The translations under genes were made by a program, and so were the position numbers. A stretch of 64,000 bases of DNA from Hyphomicrobiales bacterium (GTDB lineage Bacteria; Pseudomonadota; Alphaproteobacteria; MED-G09). The notes under the pieces are model-generated. The model saw only the letters and a program-made list of their open reading frames with translations, did no database searches and had not been told where the DNA came from. The stretch is from the NCBI GenBank assembly GCA_028339975.1, contig JAOLDG010000001.1, positions 72,740-136,739 on the forward strand, given 5' to 3'. The first letter of the stretch is position 1; each line of letters starts with the position of its first letter. This document shows, piece by piece, positions 31,737-43,970 of this stretch.

Positions 31737-33326
31737 TTATTTATTTATCAATAGGATAGAAACAATTAATATTAACAATAACAGTATGAGGGGTCTCAAT
31801 AAATTTGACTGTAAATTTTCTCTTTCTGTTATCAACATTAAGGTTTTTTTATCAATTTTTAGACCATCATCGCCAAATGCTTTTTTGATCTTATTAAAAT
31901 CTTTTTTTGTTTTTTCTAGATCGTTTATTATTGAATTAAAAATTTCTCTAGCATTTGAATTAATAGATTCTTTGTTAAATGAAATTTTAGAAGGATCAAA
32001 ACTTTTTATATTTGATAAATTATCCAATATTGGTTCCGAAAGGCTCCAAATATTTAAATCAGGGTTGAATTCTCTTGCCACACCCTCCGTAACAACCATT
32101 GTTTTTTGTAGAAGTAGAAGTTGCGGCTGAGTTCTCATTTCAAATTGACCTGTTACTTCGAGTAATTGAGATAAAAGGTGGCCCATCGATATACTTTTAG
32201 AATCTTGGCCTTGAATGGGTTCGCCAATTGCCCTTAAGGCCTGAGCAAATTTATCGCGATCTTGGTTCTCAGGAATATATCCTGCTTCAAAATGTATATC
32301 TGAAATTTTTTTATAATCTTTTTTTACAAATCCACTTAATATTTCTAATAAATATCTTCTGCTATCAATATTGAGTCTCCCCATTATTCCAAAATCAACT
32401 GGAATAATAGTTGCATCATTTTTCACGAAAAGATTTCCTTGGTGCATATCCGCATGGAAAAACCCATCACGTATTGCTAGAATGAGAAAAGTTTTCATAA
32501 TATTTTCACCAACAGAATTAAAGTTAATATTTTTTTTCTTAATCTTTATAAGGTCCTTTGATGAATGAGAATTTACCCATTGAGTTGTAAGAATATTCTT
32601 TGATGTCAAATCCCAGAATATTTTAGGAATTTCAATAAAGTCATCATTCTTTGTGTTATCAATTATCTCTGATTGTGCGGCAGCCTCTAACCTCAGATCA
32701 ACTTCCATTGATAGGCTTTCTTCTAGGGTTTTGACTACCTCTAGAACTCTAAGCCTTCTGGCTTCAGAAGAAAATTTTTCTAAAATTTTTGCCGCCAAAT
32801 AGAAATCATTTAAATCTTTTTTAATTTTACCTTCAATATTTGGCCGTAATATTTTAACTGCAACAGTCTGTGACTTCCCATCTGATTTAATGATAGCCTT
32901 GTGCACTTGGGCAATTGATGCTGCCGCAATTGGCTCATCAATTTTTTTAAATTTCTTTTTATAGTCTTCTCCAAAAGATTCAATAAAGGCTTGCTCAACA
33001 TGTTTTTTATCAAAAGGAGGCAAACTATCTTGTAACCCCCTTAAGTGAATAGAAAGTTTATTGCCAATAATATCAGGCCTTGTTGACAGAAATTGGCCCA
33101 TTTTAATCCATGTTGGACCAAGTTTTTGGAGTGATTCAGAGAGATCACTTTTTTTATTTGAAGGAATAACTTTAAGGAAAATCTTGATTGGAGCAGGTAG
33201 CGACCTAATAAGATTCTCGGGAATTAAATCCTTTTCTCTTGATAAAACTAGAAAGCCTCGGGTGAGACGCAGTATCTTGAATATTCCAAACAAATCAAAT
33301 TTTCTCCGCTCGATAAATGCAAACAA
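31737..33326 (-). CDS. ubiB: ubiquinone biosynthesis protein UbiB (ABC1 atypical kinase)
   Basis: ABC1 domain (IAAASIAQVHKA...VAVKILRP), ADMHQGNLF catalytic loop, C-terminal TM. Confidence 0.85.
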   Translation of the reverse strand: MFAFIERRKFDLFGIFKILRLTRGFLVLSREKDLIPENLIRSLPAPIKIFLKVIPSNKKSDLSESLQKLGPTWIKMGQFLSTRPDIIGNKLSIHLRGLQDSLPPFDKKHVEQAFIESFGEDYKKKFKKIDEPIAAASIAQVHKAIIKSDGKSQTVAVKILRPNIEGKIKKDLNDFYLAAKILEKFSSEARRLRVLEVVKTLEESLSMEVDLRLEAAAQSEIIDNTKNDDFIEIPKIFWDLTSKNILTTQWVNSHSSKDLIKIKKKNINFNSVGENIMKTFLILAIRDGFFHADMHQGNLFVKNDATIIPVDFGIMGRLNIDSRRYLLEILSGFVKKDYKKISDIHFEAGYIPENQDRDKFAQALRAIGEPIQGQDSKSISMGHLLSQLLEVTGQFEMRTQPQLLLLQKTMVVTEGVAREFNPDLNIWSLSEPILDNLSNIKSFDPSKISFNKESINSNAREIFNSIINDLEKTKKDFNKIKKAFGDDGLKIDKKTLMLITERENLQSNLLRPLILLLLILIVSILLINK

Positions 33327-34041
33327 TATTACCAGTTAGCTGCCGAATAGTGGTATTTTTAAATCCTGCACTAATGATGATATCGCTAAACTCCTCAGGA
33401 CTAGGGAATGTTCTTATACTATCAACTAGATATTTATAGGGCTGTTCTTCTCCAACTATCAGCTTACCAAATTTTGGTATCAACCCATAGGACCATGCAT
33501 CATATAGGTTTCTAAGTATAATATCTTTAGGTAAAGAGAATTCCATACACATAAATATCCCGCCGGGTTTGAGAATGCGAAAGCATTCTTTAAGACATTC
33601 GGCTCGGTTACTTACATTTCTAATACCAAATGATATAGTTAAAATATCAGCATAATTATCTGTTAAAGCAATAGATTCGCCTTCAGAACAAATAAAGTTA
33701 CACTTTTTGGATAGATTATTGTTTATTGATATTTTTTTTCCTTCACGCAACATTTCTTGATTGATATCAACAATATTAACAAAATTATTTTTAGGAAATT
33801 TTTTTAAGAATCTAAAACCTATATCTCCAGTTCCGCCAGCTAAATCTACAAGGCTAATATTCTGTTCTTTAGGGGCATTAATGCTATTTATAAATATCTT
33901 CTTCCATAGGCGCTGCATACCAAGAGACATAATATCATTCATAAAGTCATACTTATTAGCTACTTTATTGAAAACATCTCTTACTCGTGACGAGTGATCC
34001 TTGTCATCTATTTTTTCGTATCCAAAATTACTTTCTGTCAT
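33295..34041 (-). CDS. ubiE: ubiquinone/menaquinone biosynthesis C-methyltransferase
   Basis: VRDVFNKVANKYDFMNDIMSLGMQRLWK, SAM motif VDLAGGTGD. I chose the start at the MTESNF Met rather than the track's upstream TTG. Confidence 0.85.
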   Translation of the reverse strand: MTESNFGYEKIDDKDHSSRVRDVFNKVANKYDFMNDIMSLGMQRLWKKIFINSINAPKEQNISLVDLAGGTGDIGFRFLKKFPKNNFVNIVDINQEMLREGKKISINNNLSKKCNFICSEGESIALTDNYADILTISFGIRNVSNRAECLKECFRILKPGGIFMCMEFSLPKDIILRNLYDAWSYGLIPKFGKLIVGEEQPYKYLVDSIRTFPSPEEFSDIIISAGFKNTTIRQLTGNIVCIYRAEKI

Positions 34042-34112
34042 TGCAATATAAACCTTAGTGAGCGAACATAGCCTCAAGTTACTAATATTACCACCTAGGA
34101 GTTAAGATTTAA

Positions 34113-34964
34113 ATGCCCGAATTGCCAGAAGTAGAAACTGTAAAAAAAGGCCTGGAAGATTTTATAATTAATCAGACTATAAAAAAAATCTATTTATCTG
34201 GTTTACCTCTAAGATTTCCCCTTCCAAATAATTTTAAGACATTAGTTTTGGGAAAGGAAATACTATCAGTGGGAAGACGAGCAAAATATCTTTTATTTTA
34301 TTTATCTGGGAATATTTCTATTATATCGCACCTTGGAATGTCTGGAAGTTACAGAGTCTTAAGTTCAACCGAGTCTCAAGATTACATTCCTGAAAAACAT
34401 GATCATGTCATTTTTGAATTCAAGGACTTTAAAGTTGTTTACAATGATCCAAGAAGATTTGGTTATATTTTTATAACAGATAAAGATCCACAGGATCACA
34501 AGCTTATTAAGCCACTTGGGCCTGAGCCGATGAGTAATAGCTTTAACGAAAATACTCTAGCAGAAGCATTTTACAGAAAAGATAGGCCAGTAAAGAATGC
34601 CCTACTTGATCAATCTATATTATCAGGCCTTGGAAATATTTACGTTTGTGAGGCCCTTTTTAGATCAAACATAAATCCAAAGAAAAAAATCAAACAATTA
34701 GTTTATTCGGATGGATCGCCTAAAAATTCACTTATTATTTTAAAAAATAAAATAAATGAGATTATAGAAGAGGCAATTGCTCTAGGTGGATCTTCTCTGA
34801 AAGATTTTTCAAATGCTGAAGGAAAAATGGGTTACTTTCAGAATACTTTTACTGTTTACGGAAGAGAGGGCGAGAGCTGTATATCAGAAGAATGCAATGC
34901 AAATATAATAAGAATTATTCAATCTGGTCGATCTACTTTTTACTGCCCTAACTGTCAAAAATAA
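34113..34964 (+). CDS. mutM: formamidopyrimidine-DNA glycosylase
   Basis: MPELPEVE N-terminus, H2TH, C-terminal zinc finger (C-x4-C...CPNC). SD taggag. Confidence 0.95.
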   Translation: MPELPEVETVKKGLEDFIINQTIKKIYLSGLPLRFPLPNNFKTLVLGKEILSVGRRAKYLLFYLSGNISIISHLGMSGSYRVLSSTESQDYIPEKHDHVIFEFKDFKVVYNDPRRFGYIFITDKDPQDHKLIKPLGPEPMSNSFNENTLAEAFYRKDRPVKNALLDQSILSGLGNIYVCEALFRSNINPKKKIKQLVYSDGSPKNSLIILKNKINEIIEEAIALGGSSLKDFSNAEGKMGYFQNTFTVYGREGESCISEECNANIIRIIQSGRSTFYCPNCQK

Positions 34965-35052
34965 GATTATACTAGTATATTATTTCATTGAATTTTTGTT
35001 ATGAAATAGACTATATGATAATAATCATAATAAAGAATATTGAGGAAAAAAT

Positions 35053-35829
35053 ATGTCAGATAAAAATGTAATCATTGAAAAAGAAGCTGGAATTATAACA
35101 GTTGCACTCAATCGACCGGATGCACTTAATGCACTTAACGACGCTTTAATGGATGAATTATTAGAGGCTGTTGATAATTATGAAAAAGATGAAACCTTAA
35201 GGTGCATGATTTTAACAGGATCAGAAAAAGCTTTTGCTGCTGGAGCAGATATTAAACAAATGCAACCAAAATCATATATGGATGTCTATAAAGAGGACTT
35301 TATAACAAGAAATTGGGAACGAGTTGCTAGTTGTAGAAAGCCTATTATTGCAGCAGTTTCAGGGTATGCGCTTGGTGGTGGATGTGAATTAGCAATGATG
35401 TGTGATTTTATTTTAGCCTCAGAGAGCGCTAAATTTGGACAACCAGAAATAAACTTAGGTGTGAGCCCGGGGGCAGGAGGAAGTCAGAGGTTAACTAGAT
35501 TTATTGGAAAATCTAAATCAATGGATATGTGCTTAACAGGAAGAATGATGGATGCAGATGAAGCAGAGAGAAGTGGACTTGTAAGCAGAGTATTTCCTTC
35601 TGATGGCTTTCTTGAGAATGTAAAGAAAGTTGCAGTTGATGTATCTGAGAAATCGATGGTAGCTACAATGATGACAAAAGAGATGGTTAATCGTTCATAT
35701 GAGACAACTTTATCTGAGGGAATAAGATTTGAAAGACGATTATTTCATTCAATGTTTGCTACAGAAGATAAAAAGGAAGGAATGTCTGCATTTATTGATA
35801 AGAGAAAAGCTAAATTTAAGGATAAGTAA
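35053..35829 (+). CDS. enoyl-CoA hydratase/isomerase (crotonase) family
   Basis: AFAAGADIKQM oxyanion-hole region, GGGCELAMMCD. Confidence 0.8.
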   Translation: MSDKNVIIEKEAGIITVALNRPDALNALNDALMDELLEAVDNYEKDETLRCMILTGSEKAFAAGADIKQMQPKSYMDVYKEDFITRNWERVASCRKPIIAAVSGYALGGGCELAMMCDFILASESAKFGQPEINLGVSPGAGGSQRLTRFIGKSKSMDMCLTGRMMDADEAERSGLVSRVFPSDGFLENVKKVAVDVSEKSMVATMMTKEMVNRSYETTLSEGIRFERRLFHSMFATEDKKEGMSAFIDKRKAKFKDK

Positions 35830-35852
35830 TTTTAACTTAAATATAGTAAAGC

Positions 35853-35881
35853 TTGACGAACCAAGACTATACAAATATAAC
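35853..35881 (+). promoter_or_regulatory. putative sigma70 promoter of rpsT (TTGACG-N17-TATAAC)
   Basis: Near-consensus -35/-10 with 17-nt spacer. The -10 ends about 35 nt upstream of the rpsT ATG. Confidence 0.35.
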
Positions 35882-35915
35882 GCCCTTTCTAGTAAATTTT
35901 TATGAGGTTAACTAA

Positions 35916-36179
35916 ATGGCAAATCTATCATCATCAAAAAAGATGGTTAGAAAAATTGCAACACGAACTGCAAGAAATAAGTCTCACGTTACTAATATGA
36001 GAACTTATATTAAAAAAATTGAAGAAGCTATTGCCTCAGGGAATGCAGAAGAAGCAAAATCTGCTCTAAAAGAAGCTCAGCCTAAGATAATGAGTGTTGC
36101 CCAAAAAGGTATTTTTCATAAAAATACAGCCTCAAGAAAAATATCTCGCCTTGCAAAAAAGGTTAAGAATATTTCCTAA
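35916..36179 (+). CDS. rpsT: 30S ribosomal protein S20
   Basis: 87 aa, basic. [12 protein letters not shown]...RNKS pattern of S20. Confidence 0.9.
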   Translation: MANLSSSKKMVRKIATRTARNKSHVTNMRTYIKKIEEAIASGNAEEAKSALKEAQPKIMSVAQKGIFHKNTASRKISRLAKKVKNIS

Positions 36180-36403
36180 ATAATAATTTTTCTTTCTTGT
36201 TAAGGAAAAATAATAACTTTTTTTCAAAATTGTAATTTATGCTATTGCATCATAATTGATTCACCTCTAACGTGATTTTAAAATATTTTCTTTTTTCTTA
36301 GAAATTATCTTAGAAGTGGAGCCTGTTAATTTTTTTGATAGTCCATATTACGCATCTATTTTTTTATTAGGTGCAGCATTAAAATTTATATAAGGCGGTC
36401 TCA

Positions 36404-37813
36404 GTGGACGAAAAGATTTCTAAAAATGTTGATATAAAGGAAAAATGGGATCGTACCCTATCTGTTCTAAGGGCTGAGCTTGGTGAAGCAACATTTAGAA
36501 GTTGGTTTAGGCACATTGAGTTTGGTGAATTAGCTGATGAAGATCTCATCCTTTATGTGCCTACTAAATTTATGAAGGATTGGATCCATACACATTATTC
36601 GGACAGAATATTATCCATTCTAAAAAATAACTCTGCTCCAATTAAAAATATCATTATTGATCTAAAAAGTTTCAAAAAATCATCAGATTCCTCTGAGCAT
36701 ACATCTGCCAAGTCTACTTCATCATCAAATTCTGTGGAATTAAAAATTGAAGAAAAAGGGGATCATAATACTATGCTAGGAGCCCCCCTAGATCCAAATC
36801 TTTCCTTCGACAATTTTATTGTTGGCGCATCAAATGAGCTTGCTTATGCCGCCGCTAAACGAATAGCAGAAGCTGATAAAGTCTCTTTTAATCCTTTGTT
36901 TTTATACGGTGGTGTAGGGCTAGGAAAAACTCATCTTATGCATGCAATAGCACTAGAAATCAAAAAGAACTGGCCGGAAAGAAAAGTATTATACTTATCT
37001 GCTGAAAAATTTATGTATCAATTCATTCGCGCCTTAAGATTTAAAGATACCATGTCCTTTAAGCAACAATTTCGATCAGTAGATGTTCTCATGGTGGATG
37101 ATATTCAGTTTATTGCTGGTAAAGATTCTACTCAAGAAGAATTCTTTCACACCTTTAATACACTAATAGATCACAATCATCAGGTCGTGATTTCTGCAGA
37201 TAGATCTCCAGTTGACCTTGATGGTATTGAGGAGAGAATTCGATCAAGGCTAGGTATGGGCTTAGTAACGGATATTCATGCATCAGATTATGAACTCCGC
37301 CTAGGTATTCTTCAGTCAAAAGCAGAGGCGCATTTTGAAGAAAATCCTGATCTCATTATCAACGATAATATGCTCGAATTCCTTGCGCAAAGAATTGACT
37401 CAAATATTAGAGTTTTAGAGGGGGCCTTAAACAGAGTTATAGCTTATTCTTCATTTGTAGGTCGTCCTATAACAATTGATATGGCTCAAGAGGTCTTAAA
37501 AGATTTAATTCGAGCCTCACAAAGAAGGGTCACTATCGATGATATTCAAAGAAAAGTTGCTGATTATTATAATTTAAGACTGTCAGATCTTTTGTCCGCA
37601 AGACGATCAAGAACAATTGCCCGTCCTAGACAAGTGGCAATGTATTTATCTAAAATTTTAACTACAAGATCTTTACCAGAGATAGGAAGAAAATTTGGAG
37701 GAAGAGACCATACAACAGTAATCCATGCTGTTAAAAGAATAGAGGGTCTTAAGGATAATGATATAGCCATCCAAGAAGAAGTGGATGTGCTAACAAGATC
37801 TCTCGAAAGTTAA
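36404..37813 (+). CDS. dnaA: chromosomal replication initiator DnaA
   Basis: AAA+ GGVGLGKTHL, box VII, C-terminal DNA-binding domain (TTRSLPEIGRKFGGRDHTTVIHA). GTG start. Confidence 0.95.
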   Translation: MDEKISKNVDIKEKWDRTLSVLRAELGEATFRSWFRHIEFGELADEDLILYVPTKFMKDWIHTHYSDRILSILKNNSAPIKNIIIDLKSFKKSSDSSEHTSAKSTSSSNSVELKIEEKGDHNTMLGAPLDPNLSFDNFIVGASNELAYAAAKRIAEADKVSFNPLFLYGGVGLGKTHLMHAIALEIKKNWPERKVLYLSAEKFMYQFIRALRFKDTMSFKQQFRSVDVLMVDDIQFIAGKDSTQEEFFHTFNTLIDHNHQVVISADRSPVDLDGIEERIRSRLGMGLVTDIHASDYELRLGILQSKAEAHFEENPDLIINDNMLEFLAQRIDSNIRVLEGALNRVIAYSSFVGRPITIDMAQEVLKDLIRASQRRVTIDDIQRKVADYYNLRLSDLLSARRSRTIARPRQVAMYLSKILTTRSLPEIGRKFGGRDHTTVIHAVKRIEGLKDNDIAIQEEVDVLTRSLES

Positions 37814-37933
37814 TTCCTGAAGTGATTTTTATCAAATTTCTGTTATAATAATTCAATGATTCGTTTATTTTATATCTGTTAATTTATAAGTTAGTTAACT
37901 TAAATAATTTTCAGGTTAATAGGAGTGATATTT

Positions 37934-39037
37934 ATGAAGATATCAATTGATAGAGGTGTTCTTCTTAAGGCTCTTAACCATGTTCAGAGTGTTGTCGAAA
38001 GAAGAAATACGATTCCAATTTTATCTAATGTTAAAATTGCTGCTAGTGAAAAAAATATATCCCTAATAGCAACAGATTTAGACTTGGAGATAATTGAGAA
38101 AGTTGAAGCTAATGTATCACAAGTTGGTTCAACCACGGTATCAGCACATATTCTTTATGATATTGTTAGAAAAATACCAGAAGGTTCATTGATTGAAATT
38201 GAACAAAACCATGACAATCAAATGGAGTTGAAATCTGGACTATCAAACTTTGATTTACCATGCCTTCCTGATGAAGATTTCCCGGAAATGTCATCCGGAG
38301 AAATGTCATGTAATTTTAATATGAATTCAAAAGACCTTACTAGACTAATTGATAAAACAAGATTTGCAATTTCTACAGAAGAAACGCGCTACTATCTTAA
38401 TGGTATTTTTCTTCACTCCATCAATAATGAGCTTCGATCAGTTGCAACGGATGGGCATAGGTTGGCATGTATAAAGGCTGAATTACCTTCTGGTGCCGAA
38501 GAAATGCCTAGTATTATTATTCCAAGGAAGACAGTTGGTGAAATTAGAAAACTTTTAGAAGACTGTGCGGATGATTTAGTTATAAAGGTTTCCGATACTA
38601 AAATTCAATTTATTTTAAAAGATGTACAGTTAACTTCAAAGTTAATAGACGGAACTTTTCCCGACTATGAGAGAGTTATTCCTAAAAATAACGATAAAGA
38701 ACTTTCTATTGAGACGAAGATTTTCTCATCCTCAATTGATAGGGTGGCAACAATATCATCAGATAAGTCGAAAGCTGTAAAATTTTTATTAAAAGATGGG
38801 GCCTTAACACTAACTGTTATTAATCCTGATGCAGGAACCGCAGTTGAAAAAACCCCTGTAAACTATGATTATGAGGAGTTAGAAATTGGCTTTAATGCAA
38901 GATATCTTTTGGATATAGCAAGTCAAATAGACGGACAAGATATGCTTTTTGCTCTTGAAGGTTCAGGATCCCCAGCTTTGATTAAGGACTCTGATGATGC
39001 TCAAGCAACCTACGTTCTTATGCCAATGAGGGTTTGA
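37934..39037 (+). CDS. dnaN: DNA polymerase III beta sliding clamp
   Basis: MKISIDRGVLLKAL... three-domain clamp. I chose the ATG at 37934 (SD aggag at 37921-25) over the track's GTG at 37925. Confidence 0.9.
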   Translation: MKISIDRGVLLKALNHVQSVVERRNTIPILSNVKIAASEKNISLIATDLDLEIIEKVEANVSQVGSTTVSAHILYDIVRKIPEGSLIEIEQNHDNQMELKSGLSNFDLPCLPDEDFPEMSSGEMSCNFNMNSKDLTRLIDKTRFAISTEETRYYLNGIFLHSINNELRSVATDGHRLACIKAELPSGAEEMPSIIIPRKTVGEIRKLLEDCADDLVIKVSDTKIQFILKDVQLTSKLIDGTFPDYERVIPKNNDKELSIETKIFSSSIDRVATISSDKSKAVKFLLKDGALTLTVINPDAGTAVEKTPVNYDYEELEIGFNARYLLDIASQIDGQDMLFALEGSGSPALIKDSDDAQATYVLMPMRV

Positions 39038-39057
39038 TTTCAAATGGATTGTCTTAA

Positions 39058-40218
39058 GTGAATCAACATAATCCCAATAATCTCGAAGAGTTTAAATATA
39101 ACTTTAATAGAATACATTCTTTAAAACTAAAGAATTTTAGGTCTTACAATGACTTAAAATGCTCATTCAATGGAGGGCCTGTTGTTTTATTGGGATCTAA
39201 TGGATCTGGCAAAACAAATATATTAGAAGCATTATCTCTTTTATCTCCGGGTCGCGGTCTAAGGAATGCCTCTTTTGATCAATTTCGCAATATTAAGGGG
39301 CCAAACGAGTGGGGAATAATTGCTGAGATATCATCTGAAGACCAGCTTATAAAAATATCAACAGGTGTTTCTGCTGGTCGTTTAAGGGGAAGAGATGTGA
39401 AGATGAATGACAAGAAGGTAACAGGTTCTATCGCCCTACCCTCCGTTTTATCTTTGTCCTGGGTAACACCCTCTATGGATCAGATTTTTATAGAATCTCC
39501 ATCATCAAGAAGAAAGTTTTTAGATAGAATGTGTTCTTCCTTTAATAAAAAACATATTGATTCAATTAAGAATTATGAAAAGCTTATGAAAGAACGCAAC
39601 AAGCTTTTACAGGATATTTCTTTTGATAAAACTTGGCTAGAAACAATAGAATCGAGAATGGTTACTGAGGGTATTCTCATTGGGCTAACACGTATTGAGA
39701 TTCTTAAAGGTTTAAACCTAAGGCTGGAGAAAGATCAAAACCCTGTTTGGCCCCGAGCATTTTTAAAGATTCAGGGAATAATAGAAGAAGAGCTTGCCTA
39801 CAATAAAATAGATGAAGTTAGAGAGCATTATATAAAAACTTTATTTGATAATCGAAGAAAGGATTCTATTTCCGGAAGAACTTTAGAGGGTATTCACCGA
39901 AGTGACCTTCTTGTTAGTGAAAGAAATAAAGGCGTGTTGGCTAGCCAATGTTCTACAGGTGAACAAAAAGGCCTTTTACTTGGCCTTATATTGACTCATT
40001 TAGATTTAGTTGCAGAAAAATCAAATCAATATCCAATTTTACTTCTTGATGAAGTAGTTGCTCATCTTGATCAATTAAGAAGATCATCTCTTTTTGATCA
40101 AATAATTAACACAAAAGCCCAAGTTTTTATGACTGGTACAGACGCTAACTTATTTTCAGCTATTGAGGGTGCAGCTCAATTTTTTTCAGTTGGCATGGGA
40201 CGATTAAAAGAAATTTAA
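39058..40218 (+). CDS. recF: DNA replication and repair protein RecF
   Basis: Walker A GSNGSGKTN, signature/Walker B LLLDEV. GTG start. Confidence 0.9.
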   Translation: MNQHNPNNLEEFKYNFNRIHSLKLKNFRSYNDLKCSFNGGPVVLLGSNGSGKTNILEALSLLSPGRGLRNASFDQFRNIKGPNEWGIIAEISSEDQLIKISTGVSAGRLRGRDVKMNDKKVTGSIALPSVLSLSWVTPSMDQIFIESPSSRRKFLDRMCSSFNKKHIDSIKNYEKLMKERNKLLQDISFDKTWLETIESRMVTEGILIGLTRIEILKGLNLRLEKDQNPVWPRAFLKIQGIIEEELAYNKIDEVREHYIKTLFDNRRKDSISGRTLEGIHRSDLLVSERNKGVLASQCSTGEQKGLLLGLILTHLDLVAEKSNQYPILLLDEVVAHLDQLRRSSLFDQIINTKAQVFMTGTDANLFSAIEGAAQFFSVGMGRLKEI

Positions 40219-42693
<2,475 letters not shown>

Positions 42694-42706
42694 TTTTTTT
42701 ATTAAA

Positions 42707-43309
42707 TTATCCGTTTATAATATTTTTTATCTTTTCAACTATAAGAGCCGATTGAATTTTTGGTGGAAAATAGTCTACAAATTCTCCATTCGCATTTGCT
42801 AAAAAAATTATATCAAGATGATTTACGGTATATTCTTCTTCTCCTTCAAGCACTTCTTTTTCGTAATAAACACCCCAGTCCTGAGCAACTTTATCAATTT
42901 CAGCCTTTGTCCCGGTTAGACCAATAATATCGCTATGGAATGCATTTACATAATTCAAAATTATATTGGGTGTATCTCTTTCAGGGTCTACAGTTATGAA
43001 AATAGAGTTAACTTTTTTTGAGTCTTCACCTAGCTTATCAATTATATCTGCCATTTTAATTAACGTTGTTGGACATACATCTGGACAATAGGTAAAACCA
43101 AAATAAATTAACATTAATTTTTCGGAAGACGCTGAATCAAATATTTTATTATTTTGGTTATTTAAAACAAAGTGACCACCGGGAAGTGAATCTTGGTTCT
43201 CAATTTGTTGAACAAGATTATTTTGATAATAATCTTTGTTAATAAAGAAATATATCGAAACAATTATGAAAATTAGGATTAAGTTTAAAAGTAAAATTTT
43301 TCTAATCAT
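42707..43309 (-). CDS. SCO1/SenC copper chaperone for cytochrome oxidase assembly
   Basis: N-terminal TM anchor, thioredoxin fold with CPDVCP (CxxxC) and a downstream conserved His. Confidence 0.8.
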   Translation of the reverse strand: MIRKILLLNLILIFIIVSIYFFINKDYYQNNLVQQIENQDSLPGGHFVLNNQNNKIFDSASSEKLMLIYFGFTYCPDVCPTTLIKMADIIDKLGEDSKKVNSIFITVDPERDTPNIILNYVNAFHSDIIGLTGTKAEIDKVAQDWGVYYEKEVLEGEEEYTVNHLDIIFLANANGEFVDYFPPKIQSALIVEKIKNIING

Positions 43310-43371
43310 GATATCCTTGTATATTATTTATTAAAGTCTTGCTATGATTTTTCTATAAGGAAATATTAATA

Positions 43372-43965
43372 ATGTCTGATATATCAAAAAGTCTTTTTTT
43401 AGAAAAAGTAATTTTTTTATTTTTTATTTTATTATGCCTAACCTCATATTCTTTAGCTCAATCCAAGAGTAATAGTCCGTTTAAAGAAGGCCTTGTGGTA
43501 TCTGCTGTTAAATCTGGAACAATGGAAGACTTGATATATTCAATTCAAGTAGGAAATTCTTCTAGCGAATTAGATTTTGATGAGGTCCCTGCATTATTGC
43601 TTGCCGTGGAAAGGGGAAGGCTGGATATGACAGTTTTTCTTTTGAATAAAGGTGCTCGAGTTAATCAAAGGGACAGCCAGAAGAGAACTGCCCTTTCAAT
43701 TGCCGCTCGTAAGAATAACGTTAGTATAGTTAATGAATTGATAAAATTTGGAGCTAAACCTGATAGGTATGGAGCAAATAAGGAAACTCCATTAATAATT
43801 GCAACGCGCTTTGGTAACTATGAATCTGTTGCAGCTCTTCTTAAAGGAGGGGCTTATCCAGATGACACTGATCTTACTGGAAGAACAGCCCTTCAGTGGT
43901 CTAAAATAAAGCATTTTAAAAGAATTGAGCAAGCACTTAAGGAATACGGAGCATATGACAACTAA
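43372..43965 (+). CDS. secreted ankyrin-repeat protein
   Basis: Signal peptide (VIFLFFILLCLTSYSLA/QS) followed by 4 ANK repeats (PALLLAVERGRLDMTVFLLNKGARVN..., TALSIAARKNNVSIVNELIKFGAKPD..., TPLIIATRFGNYESVAALLKGGAYPD..., TALQWS...). Confidence 0.75.
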   Translation: MSDISKSLFLEKVIFLFFILLCLTSYSLAQSKSNSPFKEGLVVSAVKSGTMEDLIYSIQVGNSSSELDFDEVPALLLAVERGRLDMTVFLLNKGARVNQRDSQKRTALSIAARKNNVSIVNELIKFGAKPDRYGANKETPLIIATRFGNYESVAALLKGGAYPDDTDLTGRTALQWSKIKHFKRIEQALKEYGAYDN

Positions 43966-43970
43966 TAAAG

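Noticed and set aside
36180-36403. Calling the rpsT-dnaA spacer oriC
   Set aside because: No consensus DnaA boxes found by eye. Alphaproteobacterial origins are usually not dnaA-adjacent. Strand-bias evidence is contradictory. Kept only as an open question.
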